In this document: in pieces, positions 18,301 to 31,128 of the stretch
How positions within the stretch are numbered: position 1 is the first letter of the stretch
Layout of the letters: the number at the start of each line of letters is the position of its first letter
Source of the DNA: Macrostomum lignano
Lineage: Eukaryota
Direction: 5' to 3'
DNA length: 64,000 nucleotides
Assembly: GCA_002269645.1 (NCBI GenBank)
Contig: NIVC01000012.1
Span: forward strand, 558,001 to 622,000
Position numbers and translations under genes: made by a program
The notes under the pieces: model-generated
What the model was told of the DNA's origin: nothing
What the model saw: only the letters and a program-made list of their open reading frames with translations
The model's database searches: none

Positions 18301-19931
18301 CCATGTCTATGGCTCAAAGGGGTCTGTGGAGCAACCATGTCTATGGCCCAAAGGGGTCCGTGGAGCAGCCATGTCTATGGCTCAAAGGGGGTCTGTAGAA
18401 GAACCATGCGTTGACCCAAAGGGGTCTGTGGAGCAGCCATGTCTATGGCTCAAAGGGGTCCGTGGAGCAGCCATGTCTATGGCCCAAAGGATCTGTGGAG
18501 TAGCCATGTCTATGGCTCAAAGGGGGTCTGTAGAAGAACCATGCGTTGACCCAAAGGGGTCTGTGGAGTAGCCATGTCTAAAAAGGACAGTTTTAATTAT
18601 TTAGAAGTAATTCTTGTGAGAATCACTCAGAATTTGTCAAACCTTAAACACAACTATTGGTTTCAGTTCATTTGACGGTTATTGAAGATACATATTCTTC
18701 AATAAATAAGAGCAAGAGAATAAGAAAGTGCTTTAAAAAGGCCATTTCTCTATTTCCAACTGTCTAAAAATTTGAACAGAAAAAAACCCTCAAAACTGTT
18801 GAGAACACATGGTTAAGCTTTTACTTCCTCTGCGGGTCAAGTTTCTAAGGAGGGAGGGGGGGGGACTGAATGGGGTAAGAATGGAAACGAGCACAATGAT
18901 TAAAGACTTGAAGCTAGAATTCCCCTGTCCTCAACCCACGCACGCCTCTCCCTTATTCCCTGTATTAAACTCTCTAAAGGTTTTCTTGGAACTGCTCGTT
19001 AAATAAGCTTAGCCTAAGCTTTCAAGCGCTGCCCAGTCGAGCAATAGGTGCTGCTAAACAAAAAAGTCGTTTTTTCCCCGCACAAATTCTTACAGTTCGA
19101 CTTGTTGTAAAAGTACAGTACGCGGCGAGTTTAATGGACAATCCAGAGAGCAGGAGTTTCCAAGGGTCTCTCTATACACACACAGAGTGAGCCAGCTCAA
19201 GAGCTTAGAAGTTAAAATAGTTAAAATGGTGTTCTGCTAGCACACAAAATATGAAAAACCCTCATCCCCCCTGCTCCCAGCATCTATCTGTTCCTTCATC
19301 ACTTTACCTGACCATCGGAAGTTGAAGCTGAAAACAGGCCAGGCTTGCTTGGACACCAATCGAGATTCTGAGCGGTCCGACCTTCGAATTGAGCTCGAAT
19401 TAGTTGGCAGGGCTCCACAATATCAGCACCTGTTGCATCGGGAATTGAGCCAACAGCGCCACCGATCGGCTTTGGATCCCAGCACAGCAGGCCACCGCTG
19501 CTGTCCGAGCTCAACAAGCAGCCGGTGTCGAACTCGCTCCAGGCCATAGACAGCACACTGGCACCGGCGTGACCGTTGAACTGCGTCACTGGGGACGTGG
19601 CGAAGCGCAAATCCCACAGCTGAACTTGGGAGCGCTGGTTATCGTCTGAGGCCAGGCAGAGCTGAGTTGCCATGCTGCGGGGAAGGAGAGTTGCCTCTGT
19701 CTGCCTGCCTGTCTGTCTGTCTGTCTGTCTGCCTGTCTGCCTGGCTGTCTGTCTGTCTGCCTGTCTGCCTGGCTGTCTGTCTGTCTGTCTGTCTGCCTGT
19801 CTGTCTGTCTGTCTGTCTGTCTTTCTGTCTGTCTGCCTGCCTGTCTGTGTGTCTGTCTGTCTGTCTGTCTGTCTTTCTGTCTGTCTGCCTGCCTGTCTGT
19901 GTGTCTGACTGTGTGTCTGTCTGTCTGTTTC

Positions 19932-19970
<39 letters not shown>

Positions 19971-20101
19971 TTCTGTCCGTCTGTCTGTCTGTCTGTCTGT
20001 CTGCCTGGCTGTCTGCCTGGCTGTCTGTCTGCCTGCCTGTCTGCCTGTCTGTCTGTCTGCCTGTCTGTCTGTCTGCCTGTCTGTATTTTCTGTTTTCTGT
20101 C

Positions 20102-20132
<31 letters not shown>

Positions 20133-20259
20133 TTTCTGTTTTCTGTCTCTGTGTGTCTGTCTATCTGTCTGTCTGTCTGCCTGTCTGTATTTTCTGTTTT
20201 CTGTCTGTCTATCTGTCTGTGTGTCTGTCTGTATTTTCTGTTTTCTGTCTGTCTATCTA

Positions 20260-20290
<31 letters not shown>

Positions 20291-22827
20291 GTGTCTGTCT
20301 GTCTTTTCTGTTTTCTGTCTGTCTATCTATCTGTCTGTCTGTCTGTCTTTTTTGTTTTCTGTCTCGGTCTGTCTGTCTTTAACAATGGAACATTGATTAC
20401 TAAGACAGTAAGCCTGTGTCTGCATGTGTCAGTCTACCTGTCAGCCTACCTGCTACTGTACTTACTGTATTTACTCACAACAAAGCCAAAATCAGACGCT
20501 CTGTTCAAGCAAGCCCAGAACTCACCCGGGATGCCACTCCAGCAAGGTCAGCAGTTGACCAGAGCTCAAGCCGCAATCGGCCGCAGTCAGTTGCATCAGC
20601 GGCAACAAACTACCGTCACGACCCCGACGAGTATCGTAAACTGCCAGCCGTGAAACTCCAGCAGCAGCTTCGGTAATTGCGCCGAAAACCTGGGCTACCT
20701 GGCGATTCCAGGACACGCAACGAACAGCCTCGAAGCCTTCGGAGGAGCCCGGATCGACCGTCCTAACGGTGGGTCCGGCCTGTTCGATTTAGGATCACAC
20801 TGATTCTTATCAGTTTTATTGGAATCAATGGTGCTTGGGTAGAAGTGCGGGTTTGACCAAAATCGGTGATCGGGTAGAAGTGTGGAGTTACTAAAATCAG
20901 TGATTGGGTAGAAGTGTGGAGTTACTAAAATCGGTGATTAGGTAGAAGTGTGGAGTTACTAAAATCGGTGATTAGGTAGAAGTGTGGAGTTACTAAAATC
21001 GGTGATTAGGTAGAAGTGTGGAGTTACTAAAATCAGTGATTGGGTAGAAGTGTGGAGTTACTAAAATCGGTGATTAGGTAGAAGTGTGGAGTTACTAAAA
21101 TCAGTGATTGGGTAGAAGTGTGGAGTTACTAAAATCGGTGATTGGGTAGAAGTGTGGAGTTACTAAAATCGGTGATTGGGTAGAAGTGTGGAGTTACCGT
21201 ACTAAAATCGGTGATTGGGTAGAAGTGTGGAGTTACTAAAATCGGTGATTGGGTAGAAGTGTGGAGTTACTAAAATCGGTGATTGGGTAGAAGTGTGGAG
21301 TTACTAAAATCGGTGATTGGGTAGAAGTGTGGAGTTACTAAAATCGGTGATTAGGTAGAAGTGTGGAGTTACTAAAATCGGTGATTGGGTAGAAGTGTGG
21401 AGTTACTAAAATCGGTGATTGGGTAGAAGTGTGGGTTTGACCAAAATCGGTGATTGGGTAGAAGTGTGGAGTTACTAAAATCGGTGATTGGGTAGAAGTG
21501 TGGAGTTACTAAAATCGGTGATTAGGTAGAAGTGTGGAGTTACTAAAATCAGTGATTGGGTAGAAGTGTGGAGTTACTAAAATCGGTGATTAGGTAGAAG
21601 TGTGGAGTTACTAAAATCGGTGATTGGGTAGAAGTGTGGAGTTACTAAAATCAGTGATTAGGTAGAAGTGTGGAGTTACTAAAATCGGTGATTGGGTAGA
21701 AGTGTGGAGTTACTAAAATCGGTGATTGGGTAGAAGTGTGGAGTTACTAAAATCGGTGATTAGGTAGAAGTGTGGAGTTACTAAAATCGGTGATTAGGTA
21801 GAAGTGTGGAGTTACCGTACTAAAATCGGTGATTAGGTAGAAGTGTGGAGTTACTAAAATCGGTGATTGGGTAGAAGTGTGGAGTTACTAAAATCGGTGA
21901 TTGGGTAGAAGTGTGGAGTTACTAAAATCGGTGATTAGGTAGAAGTGTGGAGTTACTAAAATCAGTGATTGGGTAGAAGTGTGGAGTTACTAAAATCGGT
22001 GATTAGGTAGAAGTGTGGAGTTACTAAAATCAGTGATTGGGTAGAAGTGTGGAGTTACTAAAATCGGTGATTAGGTAGAAGTGTGGAGTTACTAAAATCA
22101 GTGATTGGGTAGAAGTGTGGGGTTTACTAGAATCAGTGATTAGGTAAAATTAGGCCATTTTAAACAAAACAAACAATAAATAAACAAAAAACATTACCTC
22201 CAAGCAATGCGCATCCCAGACACATACAGCTCCTTCACTGTTAGCACTGCACAGCACGCTTGACTCCATTTTACTGGCAGTTAAACAGACAACCGATCCA
22301 GTATCCTGAGGCAAGCTACCGTGGCCACTTTGTTGCCATAGTAACTTCGATGAAGCATCGTCCCTTAGCAACAAATTATTAACTGGACACAAAGCTAGTG
22401 TTCCATTGTTAAAGCCACAAACAATACTTGTGTTATCAGCATGTCCAGTCCATGCTATTTGAGTCACTGTCTGACTATTAGGCACAAGCAATTGTTGACC
22501 AATTGGTTGTAAAAATTCCACAGACTGATTAGCAGAAGATTCACTGTTGCCTGGTGGTTGACTATCAACTGTCAGATTGCATGACACTAGTTGAAGATAT
22601 GAATTTGACCTACAAAATATAGTTTATTCATGATATGAATTAGATTATTTTATAGCTTAGAAAAGATTATTTACTGATACTAACCCATTAGTTGACACCA
22701 AATTAGCTGACGTGTCTATGGTGAAAGCAGTTGCCAACATAGGTTTGCACAATTTTTTACTAAAATCCAATTCTGTTAGACACCAGATAGCTAAGCAGTC
22801 AGACTGCTTGGCCTGCCTCACCTGCAT
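12399..22827 (-). CDS. SEC31: COPII outer-coat protein Sec31, 8 exons, about 1720 aa
   Basis: Exons 22827-22685, 22609-22198, 20779-20526, 19674-19308, 17980-17589, 17226-14259, 13844-13401, 12581-12399, frame-consistent (5163 nt). WD40 motifs (VSWNRQV, LEWHPGMATQL, VQLWDLRFATSP), ARCGASFGFGGRLVSF, ACE1-like helical region, Pro-rich region, C-terminal SFVEMRSFMPSFKLLI. Confidence 0.9.
12603..13345. repeat. 19-22-bp minisatellite in SEC31 intron 7
   Basis: Unit GTGACAGTGACTGAGTGGGG(G)A. Confidence 0.93.
13895..14195. repeat. 20-bp minisatellite in SEC31 intron 6
   Basis: Unit CCAGCTGATTAGGGGGTATT. Confidence 0.93.
14655..16215 (-). repeat. Coding minisatellite (33/36/42-bp units) in SEC31 exon 6, encoding about 40 or more copies of P(3-4)(S/N)QPGSGYA
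   Basis: Lies inside the open 998-aa frame; all unit variants are multiples of 3. Confidence 0.9.
17295..17550. repeat. Degenerate triplication of about 80-100 bp in SEC31 intron 5
   Basis: GGTAAACGG..TAACTAT and CGTCA(T/G)CTAAT..GTAGT each occur three times. Confidence 0.65.
18017..18580. repeat. 33/34-bp minisatellite in SEC31 intron 4
   Basis: Unit GTCTATGGCCCAAAGGGGTCCGTGGAGCAGCCAT. Confidence 0.93.
19697..20355. repeat. (GTCT)n microsatellite in SEC31 intron 3
   Basis: Imperfect tetranucleotide tract. Confidence 0.95.
20835..22146. repeat. 34-bp minisatellite, about 38 copies, SEC31 intron 2
   Basis: Unit GGGTAGAAGTGTGGAGTTACTAAAATCGGTGATT. Confidence 0.96.
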
Positions 22828-25800
22828 TTTAGGGTCTGCAATAGAATATTTATACACATTGTCTTTAGAAATATTTTGAAAAAAAATAGTTATTTCTTGA
22901 TATTATTATTAGAATCTAGATTTAAAACTTTAGTTAATTATCAGTAAAAAATATATATATTAGTTATAATTTAAACAACCTTATGCTTCAATTGATTATA
23001 GTATTATCAAACAGTATAATTTTATGGTACTTATATATTTATCAAGTGATAAATTTGTCCTATATTAATTGATTTTTTTTAAATTGGTATTTATACATAT
23101 AGCAAGGAATTTAGGCTTACAAGTCTAATAGGCTATAAAAGATAGAAGCACAATCTCAAGTAGGGGCCTATATAGTTGTATAGATCATACAATATACAAA
23201 AGGTTAGGCCCCTAGTTAAAAATGAATAAACATTATTTATATTTTCATCACATTGAATATAAAATTGACGTATTGTCAATTGCTCTATTGCCTCAATATT
23301 TTATAGGACCCTTTTATGCTAGAGCTGAGAGCAGTTCCAGGACATTTCATCAACCAGCATTTTGTCAACTGGCATTTTGTCAACTGGTATTTTGTCAACT
23401 AGACAATACAGCAACCGGATATTTAGTTCAAGCCAAAATTATTCGTATGTCATGTTAGCCGTTAATGTTAACATATTTAAGTTTAAGTTTTAAGTTTTAA
23501 GTTTTATAAAAATAGGCCCCTATTTAAAACCATGTGCATGATATTCAGGATATTTACTTCCTAACTACAACTACGAGGAGTTGCCCAACAATCTCTGTTG
23601 ATATTGTTAAAATGCTGCAGCTGTTGGTTGGTCTCTTTAAAAATATGATATCAATAAATCTATACTAGTTTTTAAGATATGCTATTAGTAAAAGGGATTT
23701 TTCAGAAAGGTAGGGCTGGTAGGCCTAGTGATTTTTTAGCTGGCATCTATTAAAAAAGTTTGCTATCATTTTGCTAGTACCATTTAAAAAATCCAGTCAC
23801 TATTTAATTGGCAGTCCTTCTTAACTGCCCTTCAAATAATGTATTATTATTTAAGTTGCAAAAATGCCCCACCCAAAAGAATAGGGCCTATTGATATAGT
23901 ATTAATTAGATGATGAGGCATTTAGCCTTAGCCTAATCCCTATAGGAAAAAGTTGTAAAACCGCGGACGGTGTCCGGCGCACTTTTGAATTTTTTCTAAA
24001 GCGCAGCGCGCGCACAGGCGCAGCGCCTGCGCGCGCTGCCCTTTCTTACTGGCTGCTGCTCTAGCAAATACATATACATGGATAGAAGTGAAAATTTTGG
24101 TAGTGTCTAAAAAGTCGCTAAAAATAAACTACTTTCTACTACATATACATGTATTACTTTTTGCTTAAGCAGTAAATTGAAAGTAAAAAAGTGAGTGTTG
24201 ATCATACTAAACTTTGTTTTTCTGAATTATGATTTTGGGAAATTTCAATTTTGATTTTGGAAAGTTAGCGAATTTTGATTTCGACGAAACTGCAGATCTT
24301 TCGGAACATCTCTAATAATAGGGACTTCAGTGAGTTATAAGAAGTGCGTGCCAATGGCAAAAAAGTAAGAAAAAAGTCCAATTTTTCAAGGGCGATTTTA
24401 AAGAAACTATAGAAGCCAGGATGAAAGTAAAATATGCATTTAAAAGGTAAAAAGGAGCTCTTTCAAATGACACCAACTGCAAGTCTAGCTTTGTTATACT
24501 TTTTGCACTGTCTATTTTTAAAGTTGACCATTTTTTAGGAGGAATATAAAATTGAAGCCAAAATGAATAAAAAAACAGTGGTTCAGAAAATGCTTTTTCT
24601 TAGCTGCAATGTGTTTCTTATAATGGAAACAAAGGTTTTATAGTGTAAAGGGATAATTTAGAAACATTTTTCTGGTGTTAAAAAAAATTTTTTTTTCTTT
24701 TAATGCCCATATGGCTCTATGCAAAATTTCAAATCCAAAATTTTCCATGAAATCCTTTTCCTGCATTGTTTCTCTTTATATTTTTCATTACCTATTGACA
24801 ATACAAGCACAGTAAAAAAAACCGCTTGCCAATAGCTATAGGCGCAAAAATTTTGTGGAGGTTTCTTTTTTTGATACGTTTACATGTAAAATACCCATTG
24901 AAACGTGTATTTCGTGTTTTTTGTGAGACTCTGCCTTCCGGCAAACTAGTTCTCTGTGTCATTTAACTAATTCTGCTATGCTGAACACGATAGACAAAAC
25001 CGTTTTTTAATAAACCCATGCGCAAAGCCTGTACAGCACATTACATTGCAGTTGGGGTGTCTGTCATGCATTAAAAATTTAGGGCAAGAAGTAGAATAGT
25101 ATTATAGTAGGTAAAAACCTGAACAAAATGACACTAGCCTTGTATAAATTAAGCAAGCAGAACAGATGCTATTGTATTTTTAAAATTGCAATCATTGCGT
25201 ATCTGGTTAAAATAGTCAAAATTTCATACACCCATCCTGTTTCAATTAGCTTAGCAACTTGGGCATATAAAATAATATTAAAATATATAATTCATACAAT
25301 TAACACTAAAAAACTGAACAAAATGACACCAAGCACAGTCATTTTGGTTGGCTAGAAAATTAATTACAAGTGTTCAAAGACAAAAAGCCAACTTTTTGGC
25401 CAAAAATGATCACAAACCGTAATGTAAAAATTCCATTGGCTAAAGGCACAAATCGGGGTTACTAAAATAGCTGTAGTTTCCTTATTACTCAACCAAATCA
25501 CTAAAGTTTGGCCATTTTGGAAATGGGAAAGTAAGATCTATCTAGTGAAATAGCAGCCTATAACAATTTCTGAAATTTAATTTTCTCACTGAAGTGCCTA
25601 GTTAGTTGCACAAAAAAAATCTTAATTAATATTACTTCCACATTGCATACTATTTTAGCTACTCTTTCAAATATTATATTTTTACAAAACTTATACTTAT
25701 AATACTAGGATTACTAGACCTAAATATAGTCCTGGCTTCCTTTTAAATTATTATTAGCCCCCCTATATCGAATTATATATTGAGTAAATAGGCTTTTTAC

Positions 25801-28274
25801 CTAAGCAAAACTTATTGATAATAAAAATAAATTGTTTATCAGTTCAAAGGTAAAATATCTCATATCTGTTGGAAAAATACCTGTCAGGACACCCACACTG
25901 GCCATACATCACATGTAATCGGTAATATATGATGATGATGGTCATTATGACATTTATAAGCAGTAGTAGTAGTAGTAAGTTGGCTAAGACATTAAGCCTG
26001 TTTGGCCAGTATACGTCATTGTATTTAATAAAAATACAAAAGTAGAAGAAAACCTTATGCATTAAGTACGTTCGTTTTGCAATAATATAGTATTTGAAAG
26101 AGCGCCTAAATTTTTCTACAAAACTTTTAACGAGCTTTAACGACAAACAAAGCAGAAAGTATTCAAGAAATTTAAAAAAACAAGCATTGTATGAACTTGA
26201 TGTATAGCAATTCAATTGGTCCCGTATGTGATAAAAATGAGTATATAGGTAATAATCAGATATTGACAAATTTATATTAAATATGGTACTTCAAAGAGCG
26301 TGTGACTTTTTGCGGTATTTACGGACGACTTATAACGACTAGCTAACGAAGAACGACAAGTATTTAAGTGGGGAGTTATAAAAAACAGGTAGCTACCGTA
26401 TGGTTTGATGCATAAACGGTTCATGCAAAATGCGATTTAAAATAGGTAATTGCATTATTCTGTCAATGAAAAAGATTGAGTAAAGGTGTTGCTAGCTCGT
26501 AGCTCATAATTTTTGGCGATTATTGTAAAAAGTATATTATTTGAAAGCCTGAAAAACAGGCAACTTTAAACGTCTAACGACTTAATGGCGATTCAAAAAG
26601 ATAATACAAAAGGTGAAAAATGGACAGAAATTATTGCAAAAATAAATGGACAAAATGAGTCATTTATTGAAATTAGCAAATGTATCAACAACCAATTCAA
26701 ATATTGTTTTAAAAACTATAGCTTCTAAAACAAACGCCAAAACACATTATTATACAAAGAAACATTATACATACATTACTTATACTAGTTTTATTAGCAA
26801 AAATTTTAACCTCTGGTATATAAAAACCTTTTGCTTTAAATACTCAGCTTTTTTTAATTAGGTGGTTTTTCTTATAATAAGTTAATTGTTTTTATGTATT
26901 TAATTTAGAACCTTTTTTCTAGAAAACGACTAGGAAACGTTTGACCAGTGCCTAGTGCCAACGCATCAAGTCAAGTCCTAAATTCTAGAGGTTTCTGTTT
27001 AAATCCTTAGTAATTTCTGTGTAAAGAGTAATACATTATTTTCAAAATTAAGATTGCTTTTGAGCAACTTTTTAGGCTTCCAAGACAGTTAGACAGTTGA
27101 CGTTGTTAGATGTGCGATGTGGCTGCGTTTCGTTGCCCAGTCTGTTTCTTGCCATTGTGTGTTCTAAGTGTGTAAATAAGTTGCATTTTTGAACGATTTT
27201 TGTAAAATCCTATTTGTTATTCGATAGTATAGTGTCAACTAGCTTTTCCAACGCTTCACGGAAATGCAGAAATGGGGCTGGGTCAGAAATACCAAAACTA
27301 CTGCACAGTATGTACTTTTTGTCATTTTTATTGCTGCAATATATTTGCCCCACGGAAATCAATTTGTGCACAGCTGTATGGAGAGGCCAAGTAACAGCTT
27401 TTTATTACATGCTATAATTAGGGGTTGGAAAATATCATTTTTTAGATTTTCAAGACTTGACACATGAGCTCTATAATACTATATTTTGAGATAATCAATA
27501 TATTCAATATGCAATCAAGATTTGCAAGTAAGCCTAATTTGTATATAGTAGGCCTATTTACACTATTATATTTATCAATGATAATATTGTTTTTTTGTTT
27601 TCTGATGTATATAATATCCAATGATAATAATAGAAGAAAGCAATAATTATATTTTGTATTTAATATTGAGCTTTTTATCAACTTGACATATTAAATGTAA
27701 TTGCTAATATAATATTTAGTATCATTTGCAAGCTTTTAATCTAGTTTGTTTTGCAATATTATTTTTAAGTTTGAATTGGTTCTATAACATAATGCTTCTG
27801 AGTACTAGATAGAGTAATTTATAGATAAATAAATAGAATAGTAGCTAAACTAGTATATAAAGCATGTCATTTTAAGAAATTCTTAAAAGTGAGTGAGATT
27901 AAATGAGTCAAGTGAGATTAAATTTAATATAGAAAGTGTAAAAATATTGTGAAGCTTTGCTGTGTTGCACCTTCTATTACTTTGCCAATTTGCCATGCTA
28001 TGCCATACCTCTTTCCATTTTGCCATGTTATGCTATATATCTAACCACTTTATCACAATGCCCCATACCTCCCATTGCTTTGCCACATTGCGCTATCTTC
28101 CACTGCCTCCTGCCACTTTGCCATACCATGCTGCACCTCCTGCCACTTCTAGCTACTTTGCCATATTATACCATACCTCTTGCCACCTACTGCCATTATG
28201 CCACCCTAGGCTAGGTTGATCTATGTTGGACACCATCTACCAAAATGCCTTCATATGTATATAGTACTTGTGAT

Positions 28275-28848
28275 CCAGTGTGCGGATCATGTACCCGTGT
28301 ACACCGGAAAAAGTTTGGGCGTCAAGGACTTTATATGCCAGTGTACGCCAAAAACAAAAAGTTGCACTAAAATGTACACCAAAAATTCCTAAAAAAGGTC
28401 ATTCGGTTTTCACAAGTAGAGTTTTCTAGGAAAGGCTTTGGTATGAAAAGTGTCTTTAAAATATTACGAATATTTTCAATTTAAACAAACTTAAATAATA
28501 CCTACAAAAAATATTATGCAAAATTAATACTTTCAGCAAAATTTTACACTAATTTTATTTTTTTTAACTTAAAATAAGCAAAAAGTTTATCACTGACGAT
28601 ATAAATTTTCCTTTACTTTACGTAAAAATGTTAATTTACATTACAATTTTCATGCATGGCATGAATTTATTCACCAAAATTTGTATGCCAAAAAAGTATG
28701 CGTGGCTGTGTTACTTGTGTACGCCAATAGTGTATGCAACAAAGTGTGCCAGGGGTTGTATATGCCAATTGTGTATGCCAAGGACTTAGGATGGCCATTT
28801 TGTACGCCGGAAAAGTTCCGGCGTACATGCATACCATCCGCAACCTGG
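28275..28848. mobile_element. Non-autonomous TIR element (MITE-like, hAT/P-type 8-bp TSD), 574 bp
   Basis: Direct repeat CTTGTGAT at 28267-28274 and 28849-28856. Imperfect TIRs CCAG(TG/GT)TGCGGAT..TGTAC(A/G)CCGGAA. No ORF. Confidence 0.7.
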
Positions 28849-28956
28849 CTTGTGATGTATAATATTAATCAATATTATTATGAGGTATATAAACTATAAT
28901 ATGCAATGTTAAACAATATGTAACTGAACATATTATAAAAAACTTAATTATATATA

Positions 28957-29253
28957 CATACATGCGCAACAGTCGGCCAAGTCGGCCAATCTGGCCAACC
29001 AATTTGGCGGCCAACCAAGAAAGTTGCAAAAATGCCCACCCAAAAAAATAGCCAAGTAGTAGTACTAAGTAGCTGATGAGGCATTTTGGCTTAATAAGAC
29101 AGTCATAGTTACTCCTGCCATTTACCCAAAGTTGCGTTAATTTTGCTTTAGGGTTTTTTACATGTAAGTCACATTTTTGGCCAAAAACTACGTCGCATTT
29201 TTGTTAAAACTAAGTCGCATGGCAGATCGAATTTCGGAGGTTGCGCATGTATG
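28957..29253. mobile_element. MITE, 297 bp, with perfect 14-bp TIR CATACATGCGCAAC
   Basis: TIRs 28957-28970 and 29240-29253, flanked on both sides by TATATATA (28949-28956, 29254-29261). Confidence 0.75.
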
Positions 29254-30148
29254 TATATATAAGAAAGATATAGTTATAATTATCTATTATATAATATTTA
29301 TATCGTTGATAATATCATTGTAAAATACAATATAAGATGACAAAGACATATATTTATAGATAGGCTAACTAAGTTTTATATATAACTTATTATAAATACT
29401 ATTTTTTCTATACAAATTCACAATTGCAGTCTGGTTTCCAATTCTCAATTGACTTATTCTTGATCTCGAATTTGTTATAAAATTCTTGCTCAATATTGTC
29501 CTAAATAAGAGCTAGAGACTAGAGCATTTTCTAATGCCATTTTCTATCCCTTTTGGCCATAGACATCATTTTTTACCATGGCACTATGTTGTAGTACCAA
29601 TTCAAACTTTAAAATAATATTAGGAAACAAGCTAGAAGATCATAACAATATAATATCATAGTCACAAATAGTCATATAATCCCAAATCTTGACTTTTTTC
29701 AAGATCTTGAAACCAAGATTAAGATTGAAAAAAGTGCTAAGATCTTAATGATTGTGATCAATATTGAGATTTTGTTTGACCCCTAGCTAAAATTTATGTC
29801 TTTTATTTGTTACTTAATAGTTTAACTTTCAATGTTCACAAAAAGTAATAGTGAATATTTGAAAATGTCATTTACTTAGTAAGTTTTAGAACCTTAAGTT
29901 AATTTCAATGCCTTTCTAGGACCTTTTTTGACCCATAGGGTCATGTTGCTAAAGATAGGTGGAATTTTTTTAGTTTAGTGGTCTAGTAGATATTCTGGTA
30001 TCAACTTAAAGGTTATTTTAATACTTATTCAAGGTGTTAGGCCTAGTCACTAATATTATAATTTTGTAAAAAGAAAATTGACTAATAGTATAATTGTAAT
30101 ATTAAAAATGCAAATATAATTAATAAAAAAATACAATTTAGTAAAGTA

Positions 30149-31128
30149 TGTAGTAAGTTAAAATTGATTTAAATACTTAATGGGAATATTTATAGGGTTA
30201 TAGCCCTAAGTCTAGATCTGTAGTAAGTTAAAATTGATTTAAATACTTAATGAAAATATTTATAGGGTTATAGCCCTAAGTCTAGATCTGTAGTAAGTTA
30301 AAATTGATTTAAATACTTAATGGGAATATTTATAGGGTTATAGCCCTAAGTCTAGATCTGTAGTAAGTTAAAATTGATTTAAATACTTAATGAAAATATT
30401 TATAGGGTTATAGCCCTAAGTCTAGATCTGTAGTAAGTTAAAATTGATTTAAATACTTAATGGGAATATTTATAGGGTTATAGCCCTAAGTCTAGATCTG
30501 TAGTAAGTTAAAATTGATTTAAATACTTAATGAAAATATTTATAGGGTTATAGCCCTAAGTCTAGATCTGTAGTAAGTTAAAATTGATTTAAATACTTAA
30601 TGGGAATATTTATAGGGTTATAGCCCTAAGTCTAGATCTGTAGTAAGTTAAAATTGATTTAAATACTTAATGAAAATATTTATAGGGTTATAGCCCTAAG
30701 TCTAGATCTGTAGTAAGTTAAAATTGATTTAAATACTTAATGGGAATATTTATAGGGTTATAGCCCTAAGTCTAGATCTGTAGTAAGTTAAAATTGATTT
30801 AAATACTTAATGAAAATATTTATAGGGTTATAGCCCTAAGTCTAGATCTGTAGTAAGTTAAAATTGATTTAAATACTTAATGGGAATATTTATAGGGTTA
30901 TAGCCCTAAGTCTAGATCTGTAGTAAGTTAAAATTGATTTAAATACTTAATGGGAATATTTATAGGGTTATAGCCCTAAGTCTAGATCTGTAGTAAGTTA
31001 AAATTGATTTAAATACTTAATGGGAATATTTATAGGGTTATAGCCCTAAGTCTAGATCTGTAGTAAGTTAAAATTGATTTAAATACTTAATGGGAATATT
31101 TATAGGGTTATAGCCCTAAGTCTAGATC
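30149..31128. repeat. 70-bp AT-rich tandem repeat, 14 copies
   Basis: TAGTAAGTTA recurs at 30151, 30221, 30291, 30361 and onward; each unit contains the palindrome-like TAGGGTTATAGCCCTA. Confidence 0.96.

Noticed and set aside
19667-20653. SVCL / TDRQ type ORFs here and at 50244, 55246 and 61316
   Set aside because: Translations of (GTCT)n microsatellites.
25860-26870. Gene using a ciliate-type code (TAA/TAG = Gln), or a hAT transposase relic
   Set aside because: TGA stops also occur, neighbouring genes end at TAA/TAG normally, stop density is near random and no catalytic motif was recognised. Kept only as part of the hypermutation hypothesis.
30149-31128. CRISPR-like appearance of palindromic repeats (also 20835-22146)
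   Set aside because: Units are contiguous with no unique spacers, there are no cas genes, and the context is eukaryotic.
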